A stretch of 64,000 nucleotides of DNA from a virus (Duplodnaviria; Caudoviricetes), in IMG/VR virus record IMGVR_UViG_3300035703_000088, positions 1,460 to 65,459 of that record; one strand, given 5' to 3'. This document shows positions 11,542 through 20,668 of this stretch, piece after piece; position 1 is the first letter of the stretch, and each line of letters begins with the position of its first letter. The position numbers and the translations under genes were made by a program. A model generated the notes under the pieces. That model had not been told where the DNA came from and searched no databases. It saw only the letters and a program-made list of their open reading frames with translations.

Positions 11542-11930
11542 AGACCAAACTGATCATCGGCCTCGGGGCCCTCGCACTGACCGCCTGTGGCGGTACCAAG
11601 ACCGTGTACGTTGAGCGCACCGACGCTCCTGCAAAGACCACGGACGCTCCGATTGCGACTCCTGCCCCGACTCAGGCTCCGTGGACAGAAGAAGACGAGT
11701 TCATTTACGACATTGAGAGCAACTACTCAGGAACAATCTATGTCGGTCGCTACGAGATGATTGAGACTGGCAGGATTGTCTGCGACTCCCTTCTTGACGG
11801 GATGACAGGGCAAGAAGTGGTTTGGGCCATTGAGAGCGCTGGTGGAGACCTTGAGTTTGTTCAGTTGGTGGCTTTGTCCGCAGTAGCAAACTTCTGCCCC
11901 AGTCAAATCTACAAGTTTGACGGGTTGTGA
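11538..11930 (+). CDS. Lipoprotein with DUF732-like domain
   Basis: Lipobox LTAC; Thr/Pro linker; G.xVC...AVANFCP two-Cys pattern. Confidence 0.7.
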   Translation: MKTKLIIGLGALALTACGGTKTVYVERTDAPAKTTDAPIATPAPTQAPWTEEDEFIYDIESNYSGTIYVGRYEMIETGRIVCDSLLDGMTGQEVVWAIESAGGDLEFVQLVALSAVANFCPSQIYKFDGL

Positions 11931-12325
11931 TGAGAAGGCTCATCCCGATTCTGTTCGTGGCGGTGGGTTGCTCGGTGTCACAGCCGAGCAACACCACCAC
12001 ACTGGCACCGTTGGTGACCACAACAACCACGACCACAACTCCCCAGGTCAAAGAACCGTTGTCATCCGCCGATCCAAACATGGCGTTCCTACTCAGCCTT
12101 ACCCAGTCTTTCGGTAACTTTGATGGTTACTACAGCCCCATTGAGGCGTTGTTACAGGGTCAGCAGTATTGCCTAGCGGCTCGTGGTGGCATGACGCGCT
12201 TCACCATCACGGATTCCATCAACGAAGGCGCAGAAACCACTGAGGAGATTCGCCTTGAACTAAACATTGTTACCTCGGCACTTACTTACTTGTGCCCCGA
12301 TCAGGAGTACCGCATCAACCCATGA
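11927..12325 (+). CDS. Lipoprotein with DUF732-like domain
   Basis: Lipobox-like AVGC; poly-Thr linker; GQQYC...ALTYLCP. Confidence 0.65.
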   Translation: MMRRLIPILFVAVGCSVSQPSNTTTLAPLVTTTTTTTTPQVKEPLSSADPNMAFLLSLTQSFGNFDGYYSPIEALLQGQQYCLAARGGMTRFTITDSINEGAETTEEIRLELNIVTSALTYLCPDQEYRINP

Positions 12326-12621
12326 GCACCAAGTTCATTCCCAACTACATGATTCGCCCTGTGGCAGGGTCTGATCAAGTCAACCTACGCATTATCAACC
12401 CATCCGACCCCAATGACTACATCTCCCTCCTCAAGGACGGTGTGGAGGGGGCGTGCTACGAGGTCATTGAGGCGCACAACTCCCAAATCGGAGACCCCAA
12501 CTTCTTCTACGAATGGAACGATGCTGTGGTCTTCTACGAGGAAGATGAGTTGTCCCAGTACGACGCCGACGAAGATGACTTTGACTGGGACAGCGATGAC
12601 GACGACGAGAACTATTTCTAA
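12322..12621 (+). CDS. Hypothetical protein with acidic tail
   Basis: ATGA coupling. Confidence 0.6.
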   Translation: MSTKFIPNYMIRPVAGSDQVNLRIINPSDPNDYISLLKDGVEGACYEVIEAHNSQIGDPNFFYEWNDAVVFYEEDELSQYDADEDDFDWDSDDDDENYF

Positions 12622-12636
12622 CCACAAGGGGGAACC

Positions 12637-13053
12637 ATGCAAACATTCATTCCATACGGCGACGACTTCCGAGCCAACGCCATGGTGCTGGACCGCCAGC
12701 GCCTCGGCAAACAACGTGTAGAGGGCCTTCAGATTCTCAACACTCTGACGGGCCGTAGCAAGGGCTGGCGCAGTCACCCTGCCGTCAAGATGTGGGCTGG
12801 ATACGCCGATGTGTTGGCCCAGTACACCATCGCCATGTGCGACCACTGGGTCAGCCTCGGATACAAAGACACCGTGGCTGACAAGGTCAGGGCGCTCGGT
12901 CTCAGGACGATGACGGACGGCGTACCGGAGTTCCTGTACGACGACGAGGTCATCGCCTCCCACCGCTCCAACCTGATTCGGAAACTCCCCGAGCACTACG
13001 GGGTCGTGTGGCCCGATGTGTCGCCCGATCTCCCGTACAAGTGGGTAGTGTGA
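12637..13053 (+). CDS. MSMEG_6728-family / pyrimidine-dimer DNA glycosylase-like protein
   Basis: MQTFIPY...LDRQRLGKQRVE...HPAVKMWAGY...SHRSNLIRK. Confidence 0.8.
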   Translation: MQTFIPYGDDFRANAMVLDRQRLGKQRVEGLQILNTLTGRSKGWRSHPAVKMWAGYADVLAQYTIAMCDHWVSLGYKDTVADKVRALGLRTMTDGVPEFLYDDEVIASHRSNLIRKLPEHYGVVWPDVSPDLPYKWVV

Positions 13054-13058
13054 TCGCC

Positions 13059-13340
13059 ATGGAGTACGAGAAGGAATCAGAAGACCCCTCGTTGCGTAAC
13101 CTCCTGAACTGGGTGGCAAAGCAAGAGGGGGGCTTCGCCCTGAAAGCAGAACAGAACCAATACAGCAAGCCTCTGTTCCCCAAACACACCAAGAACCCGC
13201 ACTTCCAACAACAGTTGTTTGAAACACCTAAGCCGTCCAACCGGCTCAGCGTTACCACTCACACCTGCGTTTGGTGTGGGGAAGAGTTGGAGTCGGAAGA
13301 CCTACTGGAGATGCACGAAGATGGGCACTTTGATGACTGA
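13059..13340 (+). CDS. Protein with C-terminal C2H2-like zinc finger
   Basis: CVWCGEELESEDLLEMHEDGH. Confidence 0.6.
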   Translation: MEYEKESEDPSLRNLLNWVAKQEGGFALKAEQNQYSKPLFPKHTKNPHFQQQLFETPKPSNRLSVTTHTCVWCGEELESEDLLEMHEDGHFDD

Positions 13341-13515
13341 CCACGACCACATGAGACAGGCGTACATGGAGGCTCTTACCCTTGGCCTTACTCAGGCTGA
13401 GGAAGACCTCAACGCCCTCGTCGTACTCGCCTACGACTTGGTGAACACCAACAGCCTCAACGAGGATGACCGGCAGTACTTGCTCGCCATACTGACGGCG
13501 TGTGAGTCACTCTGA
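13333..13515 (+). CDS. Small hypothetical protein
   Basis: Overlaps the upstream stop; ends just before the terminator. Confidence 0.55.
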   Translation: MTDHDHMRQAYMEALTLGLTQAEEDLNALVVLAYDLVNTNSLNEDDRQYLLAILTACESL

Positions 13516-13522
13516 GAAACAG

Positions 13523-13576
13523 AAAGACCCCCCTCTCGTAACCAACACGGTTGCGGGAGGGGGGTCTTTTTTTTTT
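13523..13576. terminator. Intrinsic, probably bidirectional terminator at the convergence of the + and - blocks
   Basis: AAAGACCCCCCTC...GAGGGGGGTCTTTTTTTTTT. Confidence 0.85.
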
Positions 13577-13577
13577 G

Positions 13578-13979
13578 TTATCTGCCCTCGGACAGCATCT
13601 CGTGTACTTCGTCTTCGCTCTTGATCAGCAACCGTGACACCTCTCGTACTGGGTCCTCGTGCTTCAGCCTGCGAAGGTCTTTGACCAGTTGCGTTGCCGT
13701 GATGTCCCGTGAAAGTTTCCCAGCATCAATCTGCTGGCGCTCCTCCTTGGAGAAGCCACCGAAGAAGCCATGCTGGATGTGGTTTGACAGGGCGAAGTCC
13801 AAGCAGTTGTCACGAACCGGACACAGGGCGCACAGCAGGCGCTCTGCTGAGTATCCGGTGCTCCCTCGCTCCCGAAAGAACTTGTTGGGGTCAGAACCCT
13901 TGCATGAAGCCAACTCTCTCCACGATGAGTCTTTGTCCGGAACGGCAAGCGATGGTAGGTCAATCAGCCCTACGAGCAT
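13578..13979 (-). CDS. whiB: WhiB-family transcription factor with C-terminal extension
   Basis: WRELASC...FF...CALCPVRDNCLDFAL...GFFGG...ER. Confidence 0.9.
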   Translation of the reverse strand: MLVGLIDLPSLAVPDKDSSWRELASCKGSDPNKFFRERGSTGYSAERLLCALCPVRDNCLDFALSNHIQHGFFGGFSKEERQQIDAGKLSRDITATQLVKDLRRLKHEDPVREVSRLLIKSEDEVHEMLSEGR

Positions 13980-15061
13980 TATGGTCTCCTGTATTGGTCA
14001 AACAGTTGCTGGTACGTCTGCACGCCGTGCTTGATGTCTCGGTGTTGCACTGCCTCGTAGCAGGCTTCCCCTTCTTCACGACGAGCATTGGGTGAGCGTA
14101 GCGCATTCAGGTGACGAATCCAATCCGTGGGGCGCTTGGCAACACGACCAATACCGAGCGAGCGCTGGAGATCAATGTACGCATCTAGGTTCTGCGCCAC
14201 GAACGGAATACCGCTAGCGCTGTACTCAAGGCCCTTGATGTCGGACTTCGCTCGGTTGAATGGGATGTTGTTCAACGGCACAACACCAACATCAAACTTG
14301 AGGTAAGACGGGTAAGTCAGGTGGTCAGTAAGCGGGAGCGTGGACACCTGATCATCACGGAGACCCACCAGCGATGCCACGCTATTCATGGACGGGTGCG
14401 CCCCAGTGTGGTGGAACTTGATGGAGCCTGCGTTCACCATGGGGCGAATAACGCCAGCGAGTGTCTCAAGGTCGTTGCTCCGGTGGCCCGTACTGCCTGC
14501 CCAGCCAACGAGGGGCACATCGGTGTCGGTGTGCTCGTGCTTGGTGAAGCGCTGGGTGTCCACATAGTTTGGAATAACCACAATCGGGCACTTGGTAACC
14601 CACGACTTAATGCGGTCAGCGAGGTACGGGGTGCTCACCGTGACGATGTCGGACTGAGCAAGGATGGCTCGGTAGTGGTTGATGTTGATCTCAGGGCTGT
14701 ACTTGGGGTGCGTGTTGAGAAAGGCGTTGTTGCTTGCCGACAGGCCCCAGTACCAGTCGTCTAGGTCGTTGATGATGACCTGTCCTGCTGAGCGGGAGAT
14801 TTTCATGTTGATTGAGGCGCCCGAGTGCATCAGGCGTTGCATCCACACCACATCAATGTCGTGAACGGCTTCGTCACCACTACGGATTTGGAATGACCCG
14901 TGCTTAGGGTCAAAGATAAGAGTTCCCGTGATGAACTCCATGCCGGTGAGGTGGGGAAGGTACTGGGCGACACGGGCCCATCCCGAGCCTCCCCACTTCT
15001 CTAGCCCGTCCTCAACACGGTCAGGGTGAATCCAGTCTCCGGATGCTACTCCTACCTTCAT
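13979..15061 (-). CDS. GT-B fold glycosyltransferase
   Basis: NDLDDWYW, VTVSTPYL, VGWAGSTGH, KSDIKGLEYSASGIPFV. Confidence 0.85.
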   Translation of the reverse strand: MKVGVASGDWIHPDRVEDGLEKWGGSGWARVAQYLPHLTGMEFITGTLIFDPKHGSFQIRSGDEAVHDIDVVWMQRLMHSGASINMKISRSAGQVIINDLDDWYWGLSASNNAFLNTHPKYSPEININHYRAILAQSDIVTVSTPYLADRIKSWVTKCPIVVIPNYVDTQRFTKHEHTDTDVPLVGWAGSTGHRSNDLETLAGVIRPMVNAGSIKFHHTGAHPSMNSVASLVGLRDDQVSTLPLTDHLTYPSYLKFDVGVVPLNNIPFNRAKSDIKGLEYSASGIPFVAQNLDAYIDLQRSLGIGRVAKRPTDWIRHLNALRSPNARREEGEACYEAVQHRDIKHGVQTYQQLFDQYRRP

Positions 15062-15072
15062 AACAACTCCTC

Positions 15073-15126
15073 ATAGTGGTGTCCCGTTACGGGACACCAC
15101 TATAGTACGGAGTCAGGGCAGGTCAA
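15073..15126 (-). promoter_or_regulatory. Conserved palindrome copy 6 (15073-15103) overlapping the -10 and start site of a - strand promoter
   Basis: ATAGTGG-TGTCCCGT T ACGGGACA-CCACTAT (15+1+15); on the - strand TTGACC-16 nt-TATAGT (15126 to 15099). Confidence 0.75.
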
Positions 15127-15643
15127 GGTATCGCCACGGCGACCAACCGGATGCCTCCTGTAGGCGCACAGCGAACGTGAGGTTCGGTCGGGCGGTCAGG
15201 ATCATCTCTCGGGTGATGCCCATGGACATCGCCCAATCCTTGTGGACCGACCACTGGATTTGAGCGAGGCCGAGAGAGCCGTTGCCCTCCAAGCCGTCAA
15301 TGCATCGGGACTCAACCCACAGCACTCGGCTCCAAATGGGCCAGTCCTCAATCTTCCCGCCGACCTCCAAGAGGAGCGGGAGCCACTCAGCACACCGTGG
15401 GTGGGAGGCGGTCATCACATCCACCTGAGCCTGCCATGCGGCGAGGGTCTCTAGGTACGCAATCTCCTCGGGCGAGAGTGTCGTCGTAGGGGCGACAGTC
15501 GTGGTGGTCGTCGGTGGCGGTGTGATTACCACGGTCACGGGAAGTGACTGCGGGATGGTGGTTGGAGACGTTGGAGCCTCCGAAGCCCCACAGCCGGTGG
15601 TTAGAGCCGTCAGGGCAATAAATGACAAGGTGGTTAATTTCAA
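15113..15643 (-). CDS. Lipoprotein with lytic transglycosylase (SLT-like) domain
   Basis: TTG start after AAGGAGG; lipobox TTGC; Thr linker; VESRC...GLAQI...N...GWSPW. Confidence 0.75.
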   Translation of the reverse strand: MKLTTLSFIALTALTTGCGASEAPTSPTTIPQSLPVTVVITPPPTTTTTVAPTTTLSPEEIAYLETLAAWQAQVDVMTASHPRCAEWLPLLLEVGGKIEDWPIWSRVLWVESRCIDGLEGNGSLGLAQIQWSVHKDWAMSMGITREMILTARPNLTFAVRLQEASGWSPWRYLDLP

Positions 15644-15732
15644 GGGTTTACCCTCCTTAGTTGGGGAGCACACCGGAAGGGATAGTCGTGTGCTCTCACG
15701 GGAGCGGGGATGGTTCCCCGCCCTTCCTCGGA

Positions 15733-16137
15733 CTACCTGTGCGGGAGGATTTGGTACTTCAGTTCGTCAATGTTGACTGGCTGACCCGCCCTTGGATAGA
15801 CCGAGAGATCAATGTATGGTCGCTTGGAGTTGTCGGCTCCCGAGCACTTAGCGCAGGCGCACCCTTGACGATAGCGGGTGATCGTGCCATGCGGTCGCAG
15901 AGCCGTCTTCTTTCCGTTCCTTTCTTGTGGAGTTAGTCCACCCCACATACCGTATTTTTCATCGTCTTTGTTACTATAACTATAGTTCAAACAAGACCGC
16001 CATGCGGGGCAACGGTTGCAAACCTCACGGGCTACGGCGTAGTAGTCGTTGGGGGTGGGTGATTCCAGCGGAGGGTACCACGGGTCGGGCGCAAGGCCAC
16101 GACACAACGCATCTTCGGTCCACTCCGCTAGGTCCAC
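15733..16137 (-). CDS. whiB: WhiB-family protein with C-terminal HGT..Y..GCxCxxC motif
   Basis: WTEDALC...CNRCPAWRSC...YGMWGGLTPQER; HGTITRYRQGCACAKC. Confidence 0.88.
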   Translation of the reverse strand: MDLAEWTEDALCRGLAPDPWYPPLESPTPNDYYAVAREVCNRCPAWRSCLNYSYSNKDDEKYGMWGGLTPQERNGKKTALRPHGTITRYRQGCACAKCSGADNSKRPYIDLSVYPRAGQPVNIDELKYQILPHR

Positions 16138-16356
16138 TCAGCCCTCACTCACCATGCGCTGTTCGTCGTGCCAGCGATCATCCACGATGTCCCACGCCGT
16201 GGGGGATTCATGCCATTCGTGCTTCAGCACGCTGTACATCCATCGGGTCTGCGGTTCCCCCACCACATCAGCGATGTGGTGGGCAACATCATTCCACCAG
16301 TCCTCAAAGGCAGACGGGTAGTCAAAGGCTTTTCTGTATTGGTCTAGGGGCATCAT
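16138..16356 (-). CDS. Small hypothetical protein
   Basis: Abuts the whiB start; Trp-rich 72-aa ORF. Confidence 0.55.
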   Translation of the reverse strand: MMPLDQYRKAFDYPSAFEDWWNDVAHHIADVVGEPQTRWMYSVLKHEWHESPTAWDIVDDRWHDEQRMVSEG

Positions 16357-16390
16357 AGGGGAGCGACCTTACCAGCAACTGGTTGGTAGG

Positions 16391-17809
16391 TCAATCCTCC
16401 TCATAGTTGATGATGTCCATGGCCATGTTGTCCATGATTTGCGGAGGGAGCGGGGAAGATAACTCTCGGGCGGTCTCGCCTGCCTTCTGCCCGAACAGGC
16501 GGGACAGCACGCCTGCCGAACCTCGGGCTTCCACCTCCATGCGGATGACATCACGGGTATCAGAGATGTCTTTGAACTTATTGACGAGGTTAAACATCCG
16601 ATCAATCTCACCGCTGAGGGTTGAGTCCAAGCCCTGACCTTCCATCTCTTCTGCGAAACGGGCGAACAGAACTCGGCTCACCTGCATCTCCAAGAGGGCA
16701 CGAAGCGTGGCTTGCAGTTGGTCCTTCGTACGGATTTCCACGGGCAAGTTAAACCCGCATTCTGAGCGTTCTTTATATGCGGGACATTTAGAAGCCAAAT
16801 AGCAATTATCACACTTTCGCAGGAGGGCGTTTGTGTGCCTGATTACGGGTATCTCTTCAGGGTCAATTTCATACTGTTCTCCCTGATCAGAACCGGTATG
16901 AGTGCCTATTGAAGTGATGCTTTCTACCCCGATAACTGGTAGCAATAAACGCTCACTTTCGTGCCGCTTCTCAGGGGGGGTCATAGCAATATTTGGTACC
17001 CCCGGAACCCCAACTTCTCCACTATAGGGTAAGGGGGTTATAGCAATTATATCGCCTTCAGAGTTAGTCATTGGGGCCTCCTTGTGCGTGCTCTTCGGAG
17101 GGTCATAGACCCGAGATTCCCATGCCTGCCACGAGCGGATGGCGAGCATTCCCACCTCGGTGGTGTCGTCTGCGAGCACGAGGTCAGGGTTCAATCCAAG
17201 GCGCATGATGTCAGCCCTGTGCTTTTTGCGAGCCGACTCTTTCTGTTGGGCGGGGTACCGCCGAAGTCCGTGACCGTCCCACACCTGAGTCTCTCCGTAG
17301 CGGAGGGCGCTGGTCCACGAGCCGACGACCACCGTGTGCCACGGGAGCGCCTCAATGACATCAGGCTTGCTGGTGAGCCCGTACAGTTGGGCGTTCCAGC
17401 GCTGGGCGAGGGACCGGATGCGGGGAATCGTCTTGCCGTTGACCGCCTTGTCGGAGATCGCAACCCGTCCGTGGCGTTGGCAGATGATTGCCAGCCGTTC
17501 AAGGTCTTCTCCGTCTGACCACACGGGGATGTACTTGTCCCCCAACCACGAGCCGTCATAGTCAGGGCGACCGATGATGGCGGTGATGCTGTGCTCGTGT
17601 TGCCTGACGAACTCGTCAAAGCGGTGGTGGTCCTCGTCGTTCTCGCTGGTGTACAGGATGACCTCTCCGGTCACCACCTCAGACAGGACTAACTCCTTGG
17701 TCTTAGGGATAGGAAAGTGCGTCAGGTTTACCCCGAAGCGGGTTACCCCCGCCCGTTCCAAGATGCGCCGTTGGGCGCCCTTCTCGGCACCGCCAAAGAA
17801 GACTCTCAC
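16391..17809 (-). CDS. Conserved phage protein: divergent TGT/DpdA-like N-terminal domain + Cys cluster + helical C-terminus
   Basis: LYGLTSKPDVIEALPWHTVVVGSWTSALRYG resembles phage TGT-like motifs (HGxG...PWxSVDSxSW); CDNCYLASKCPAYKERSEC. The CDS is solid; the function call is weak. Confidence 0.45.
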   Translation of the reverse strand: MRVFFGGAEKGAQRRILERAGVTRFGVNLTHFPIPKTKELVLSEVVTGEVILYTSENDEDHHRFDEFVRQHEHSITAIIGRPDYDGSWLGDKYIPVWSDGEDLERLAIICQRHGRVAISDKAVNGKTIPRIRSLAQRWNAQLYGLTSKPDVIEALPWHTVVVGSWTSALRYGETQVWDGHGLRRYPAQQKESARKKHRADIMRLGLNPDLVLADDTTEVGMLAIRSWQAWESRVYDPPKSTHKEAPMTNSEGDIIAITPLPYSGEVGVPGVPNIAMTPPEKRHESERLLLPVIGVESITSIGTHTGSDQGEQYEIDPEEIPVIRHTNALLRKCDNCYLASKCPAYKERSECGFNLPVEIRTKDQLQATLRALLEMQVSRVLFARFAEEMEGQGLDSTLSGEIDRMFNLVNKFKDISDTRDVIRMEVEARGSAGVLSRLFGQKAGETARELSSPLPPQIMDNMAMDIINYEED

Positions 17810-18288
17810 AGATCACCCCATGTGGCTTCGGACTTCTTCATAGCCCGTGACTCCAGTTCGTCTACGACAACGTCCCACGAGCGCTTGGTCTGAGGTTGGT
17901 GCCATTCCGGACGCAAGTACTTGGGCACGGTGAGGAGCAGGGTCGGCACCCCTTGGTCGTTGACAAGACGGCAAGTCTCGGGGTTTACATCAATATAAAA
18001 GTGGGGGCGAGCGACGGCTGAGAGGATGTGCCACACCGCCTCCGCCGCAGGGGTGTTCCCGTCACGGACCATGGCAGGGGTTTGGTGGATAGCGGAGACC
18101 TTAAAGTTCTCCCGCTTTAACCATCCCTTGACCAGTTCAAGATCGTACTGAGCGTCCACCACCACGAGGGTGCGCCCCATGTACTTCTGAAAGAGCGTGT
18201 CCCACAGGCGACGACCCTCGGTGCTCGGCTGGCGAGTTCCGAGAGTGTCGGAAGGGAGGGCTATGGCATCAAAGTTGAATACAATCAC
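17806..18288 (-). CDS. Degenerate HAD-superfamily-like protein
   Basis: MIVFNFDAIA resembles HAD motif I with D->N; FYIDVNP resembles motif IV. Confidence 0.5.
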   Translation of the reverse strand: MIVFNFDAIALPSDTLGTRQPSTEGRRLWDTLFQKYMGRTLVVVDAQYDLELVKGWLKRENFKVSAIHQTPAMVRDGNTPAAEAVWHILSAVARPHFYIDVNPETCRLVNDQGVPTLLLTVPKYLRPEWHQPQTKRSWDVVVDELESRAMKKSEATWGDL

Positions 18289-18743
18289 GAGTCATACATC
18301 CCCTTAGCCTTACGGTTCTGATGCACGACATACGAAGTGCAGGGGCAGTAATGACAGAGGTACTGGCGGTTAGCCTTCGGGACACCGATCTTGCGCCCGA
18401 TGGTCTTGCTGTCGTCCTCGTAGTCAATGCACATGTCGGCGGGACGGTTGTGGCGCTGGAAGCACTTCAGCGCCTCCACCTTGAGGTCATCACGCACCTC
18501 ACGAACCTCAATCTCGTTCTTCATCAACTCTTTCTTGACGGCAGTCTCGTCACCGAGTTTCTCCCACGTTGCGTCGTCACAGCGGAAGATCACCGACTTA
18601 TGGGCATCCGGGTCGGGGTTAACAGCCTGACCGAGGTGGCGGTTGATTATTTCAATCAACTCCATGTCGTACTCGGCAGGACCGTCATAGTCCCGCATTC
18701 GGTACATGGTTCCACACGACTGGCAAGTCAGTAGACGAGGCAT
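18285..18743 (-). CDS. Zn-binding hypothetical protein
   Basis: CQSC N-terminus; CFQRHNRP...C...LCHYCP; RBS AAGGAG. Confidence 0.7.
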   Translation of the reverse strand: MPRLLTCQSCGTMYRMRDYDGPAEYDMELIEIINRHLGQAVNPDPDAHKSVIFRCDDATWEKLGDETAVKKELMKNEIEVREVRDDLKVEALKCFQRHNRPADMCIDYEDDSKTIGRKIGVPKANRQYLCHYCPCTSYVVHQNRKAKGMYDS

Positions 18744-18775
18744 TTTGTGCTCCTTATGGGTTACGGTTAGTTAAA

Positions 18776-18973
18776 TCAGTTGTACGGCGAAGACTGAACG
18801 ACGCCCATCTTGAGGTCGTTCACGTTGTACTGCGGTTGCAGTAGCGAGGCTCGCTCGTGGACGGCCTGCATCTCCACCTCGCCACCACGACTGGGGGTGA
18901 GGCTCTTGAAGACACCATCGTTGAGACCCTTTTGCAGGTCAAGGTTCATGGATCGGGAATTGTTAACGCTCAT
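18776..18973 (-). CDS. Small hypothetical protein
   Basis: ATGA coupling; biased codon usage. Confidence 0.6.
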   Translation of the reverse strand: MSVNNSRSMNLDLQKGLNDGVFKSLTPSRGGEVEMQAVHERASLLQPQYNVNDLKMGVVQSSPYN

Positions 18974-19818
18974 GTGAATCGTCCCTTCTTGGGTGACCGC
19001 CGACCGGGGTTACGGGCATCGGCGGGGTTGGTGCCACGAGAAGAACCCGTGGCTGGCTTAGTCAGAGGCTTAGTCATAGGCTTAGTCATCGGCTTCACGC
19101 CACCCACTGTACCACCCACAGCGTCCTCACGGCGAGACCCTGAACGACGACCGCCACTCGGAATCTTCGGGGTTGGGGCTTGAGGCGCTTGGGCGGTGGG
19201 TGCTTGCGGTGCCTCGGCGGTGGGTGCCTTGGGCGCACTTCCAGCCGTGCTGGGTCTAGCCTTCTTGGTGGCCTTAGGCTTAGGTGTAGTTACGTCTTCC
19301 AAAGACTTGCTGGGCGTAGGGGCTGGGTTAGAACCCTCATCCTGCATGGGAGACTCATCCGAAGCGCTCTGCATCCGGCGCACGGCATCACCGTACGCAT
19401 CCTCATAAGCGTTACCCGTAGGTGCGCCATAAGCACGAGCGTAGTCTTCCCTAGTGGATTGGGCGCTGGCTTCTTGCTGGCGACGGGCTGAGCGAGTCGG
19501 GCGACCTTCCCTGCGAGCCGTCATCTCTTCACCAAAGATTCCCCCTGTGTCGTTGGCTCTTTGGTTCATATTGTCTATGGTTTCTTTCTTTGGCCCTTTC
19601 AAATTAGCATTTTGAAAGTACAAAGATATTTGTTTACCGCTGAAGTCTCGGTTGATACCGAGTTCACGAGGCTTCGGCATGGTGACCGAAGGCGCTGACG
19701 GGAACTGTAGGTCCTTCTGAGCAAAGGTTTCCCCCATGGAGTAATCCGTGGTGGGGATAGAACCTGTGCCAAGGTTCTTCATTGCGCTTTTAAGTTGACG
19801 TTCAAACTCTCTGCTCAT
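18970..19818 (-). CDS. Low-complexity basic protein with APxAPT and KPxT repeats
   Basis: 282-aa ORF, coupled to its neighbours. Confidence 0.65.
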   Translation of the reverse strand: MSREFERQLKSAMKNLGTGSIPTTDYSMGETFAQKDLQFPSAPSVTMPKPRELGINRDFSGKQISLYFQNANLKGPKKETIDNMNQRANDTGGIFGEEMTARREGRPTRSARRQQEASAQSTREDYARAYGAPTGNAYEDAYGDAVRRMQSASDESPMQDEGSNPAPTPSKSLEDVTTPKPKATKKARPSTAGSAPKAPTAEAPQAPTAQAPQAPTPKIPSGGRRSGSRREDAVGGTVGGVKPMTKPMTKPLTKPATGSSRGTNPADARNPGRRSPKKGRFT

Positions 19819-20108
19819 CCGAGTGAATCCATTGAGTAGCGTCCCGTGCCTGTCCAGTCGCCGTCAGCCAGTTGAGTACGGCGAACAGGCATACCAGACA
19901 ACCATGAACGGTTGGTGGCGGTGTAACGGTTAGTCGTAAGAATGTCCATAACCGTGGCGGTTTGTTTAATGAAACCACGGTTTTGGGGGAAGAGTTCCAG
20001 CGGGTGCTGGGGGCGCAATTCCCTGATCTCATCGGGGGTAAGACTCAACGCGGCCTCTAGGGCCTGATCAGTGAGGTACTCCTCGTGAGTCTGCCAAGGC
20101 TTCCCCAA
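19815..20108 (-). CDS. Hypothetical protein
   Basis: Coupled ORF. Confidence 0.6.
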   Translation of the reverse strand: MGKPWQTHEEYLTDQALEAALSLTPDEIRELRPQHPLELFPQNRGFIKQTATVMDILTTNRYTATNRSWLSGMPVRRTQLADGDWTGTGRYSMDSLG

Positions 20109-20111
20109 AGG

Positions 20112-20492
20112 TCAGACCTTCTTTTTGGCTGGGGGCTTCGGGGGGCCTTCTTTGAGAGGCTTTTGGGGAGCCTTCTTAGCCATACCCTGAGAATAACTGA
20201 AGCCCTTCTTAGAAGCACTAAAGCCCTTGCTCAGATCATAAGCCGCACCCGTCACGCCCGAGCGGCGAGGACGATGATCGTAGTACTCTCCGACTTGGCC
20301 CACTGCACGAGTATTACCGGCATGGTAAAAGCCTGCGCCGAAGTGGTCGTTGCGACCAATGCGTCGGATGTCATCGCCGTAGTCGGACTGATCTCCGGGG
20401 GCAAAGGGGCGATTCGGGGGAGTGGGGGGCTGACCAGCGCCGCCGCTTGCGGGGGCAGGCTTCAACTGACTAACGTCCTTAATGACTTCCAT
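20112..20492 (-). CDS. Gly/Pro/Lys-rich hypothetical protein
   Basis: TAATG coupling with the upstream small gene. Confidence 0.6.
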   Translation of the reverse strand: MEVIKDVSQLKPAPASGGAGQPPTPPNRPFAPGDQSDYGDDIRRIGRNDHFGAGFYHAGNTRAVGQVGEYYDHRPRRSGVTGAAYDLSKGFSASKKGFSYSQGMAKKAPQKPLKEGPPKPPAKKKV

Positions 20493-20659
20493 TATTTCTT
20501 ACCTCTCTTGGCAATCGTAGAGTTAGCAATACGCACCGCCTTAGCGTCACTCCCCGTCTTCTTCAAGACAGAGTTCGCTACCTTGGCCCACTCCTCTTTC
20601 TCTTTGGGAGTGTCAGCCTTCTTGGTCTTTTTCGGTGCGTCTTTCGGGGACCACGGCAT
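20492..20659 (-). CDS. Small basic protein (MPWSPKDAPKKTKKADT...), possibly ChaB-like
   Basis: 55-aa ORF read manually, below the ORF track cutoff; fills the gap exactly. Confidence 0.6.
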   Translation of the reverse strand: MPWSPKDAPKKTKKADTPKEKEEWAKVANSVLKKTGSDAKAVRIANSTIAKRGKK

Positions 20660-20668
20660 GATTAATGC

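Noticed and set aside
15664-15727. Two small hairpins between whiB and the SLT lipoprotein as an ncRNA or tRNA
   Set aside because: No cloverleaf or T-loop consensus, and no flanking promoter/terminator pair recognised; more likely mRNA stability or termination elements.
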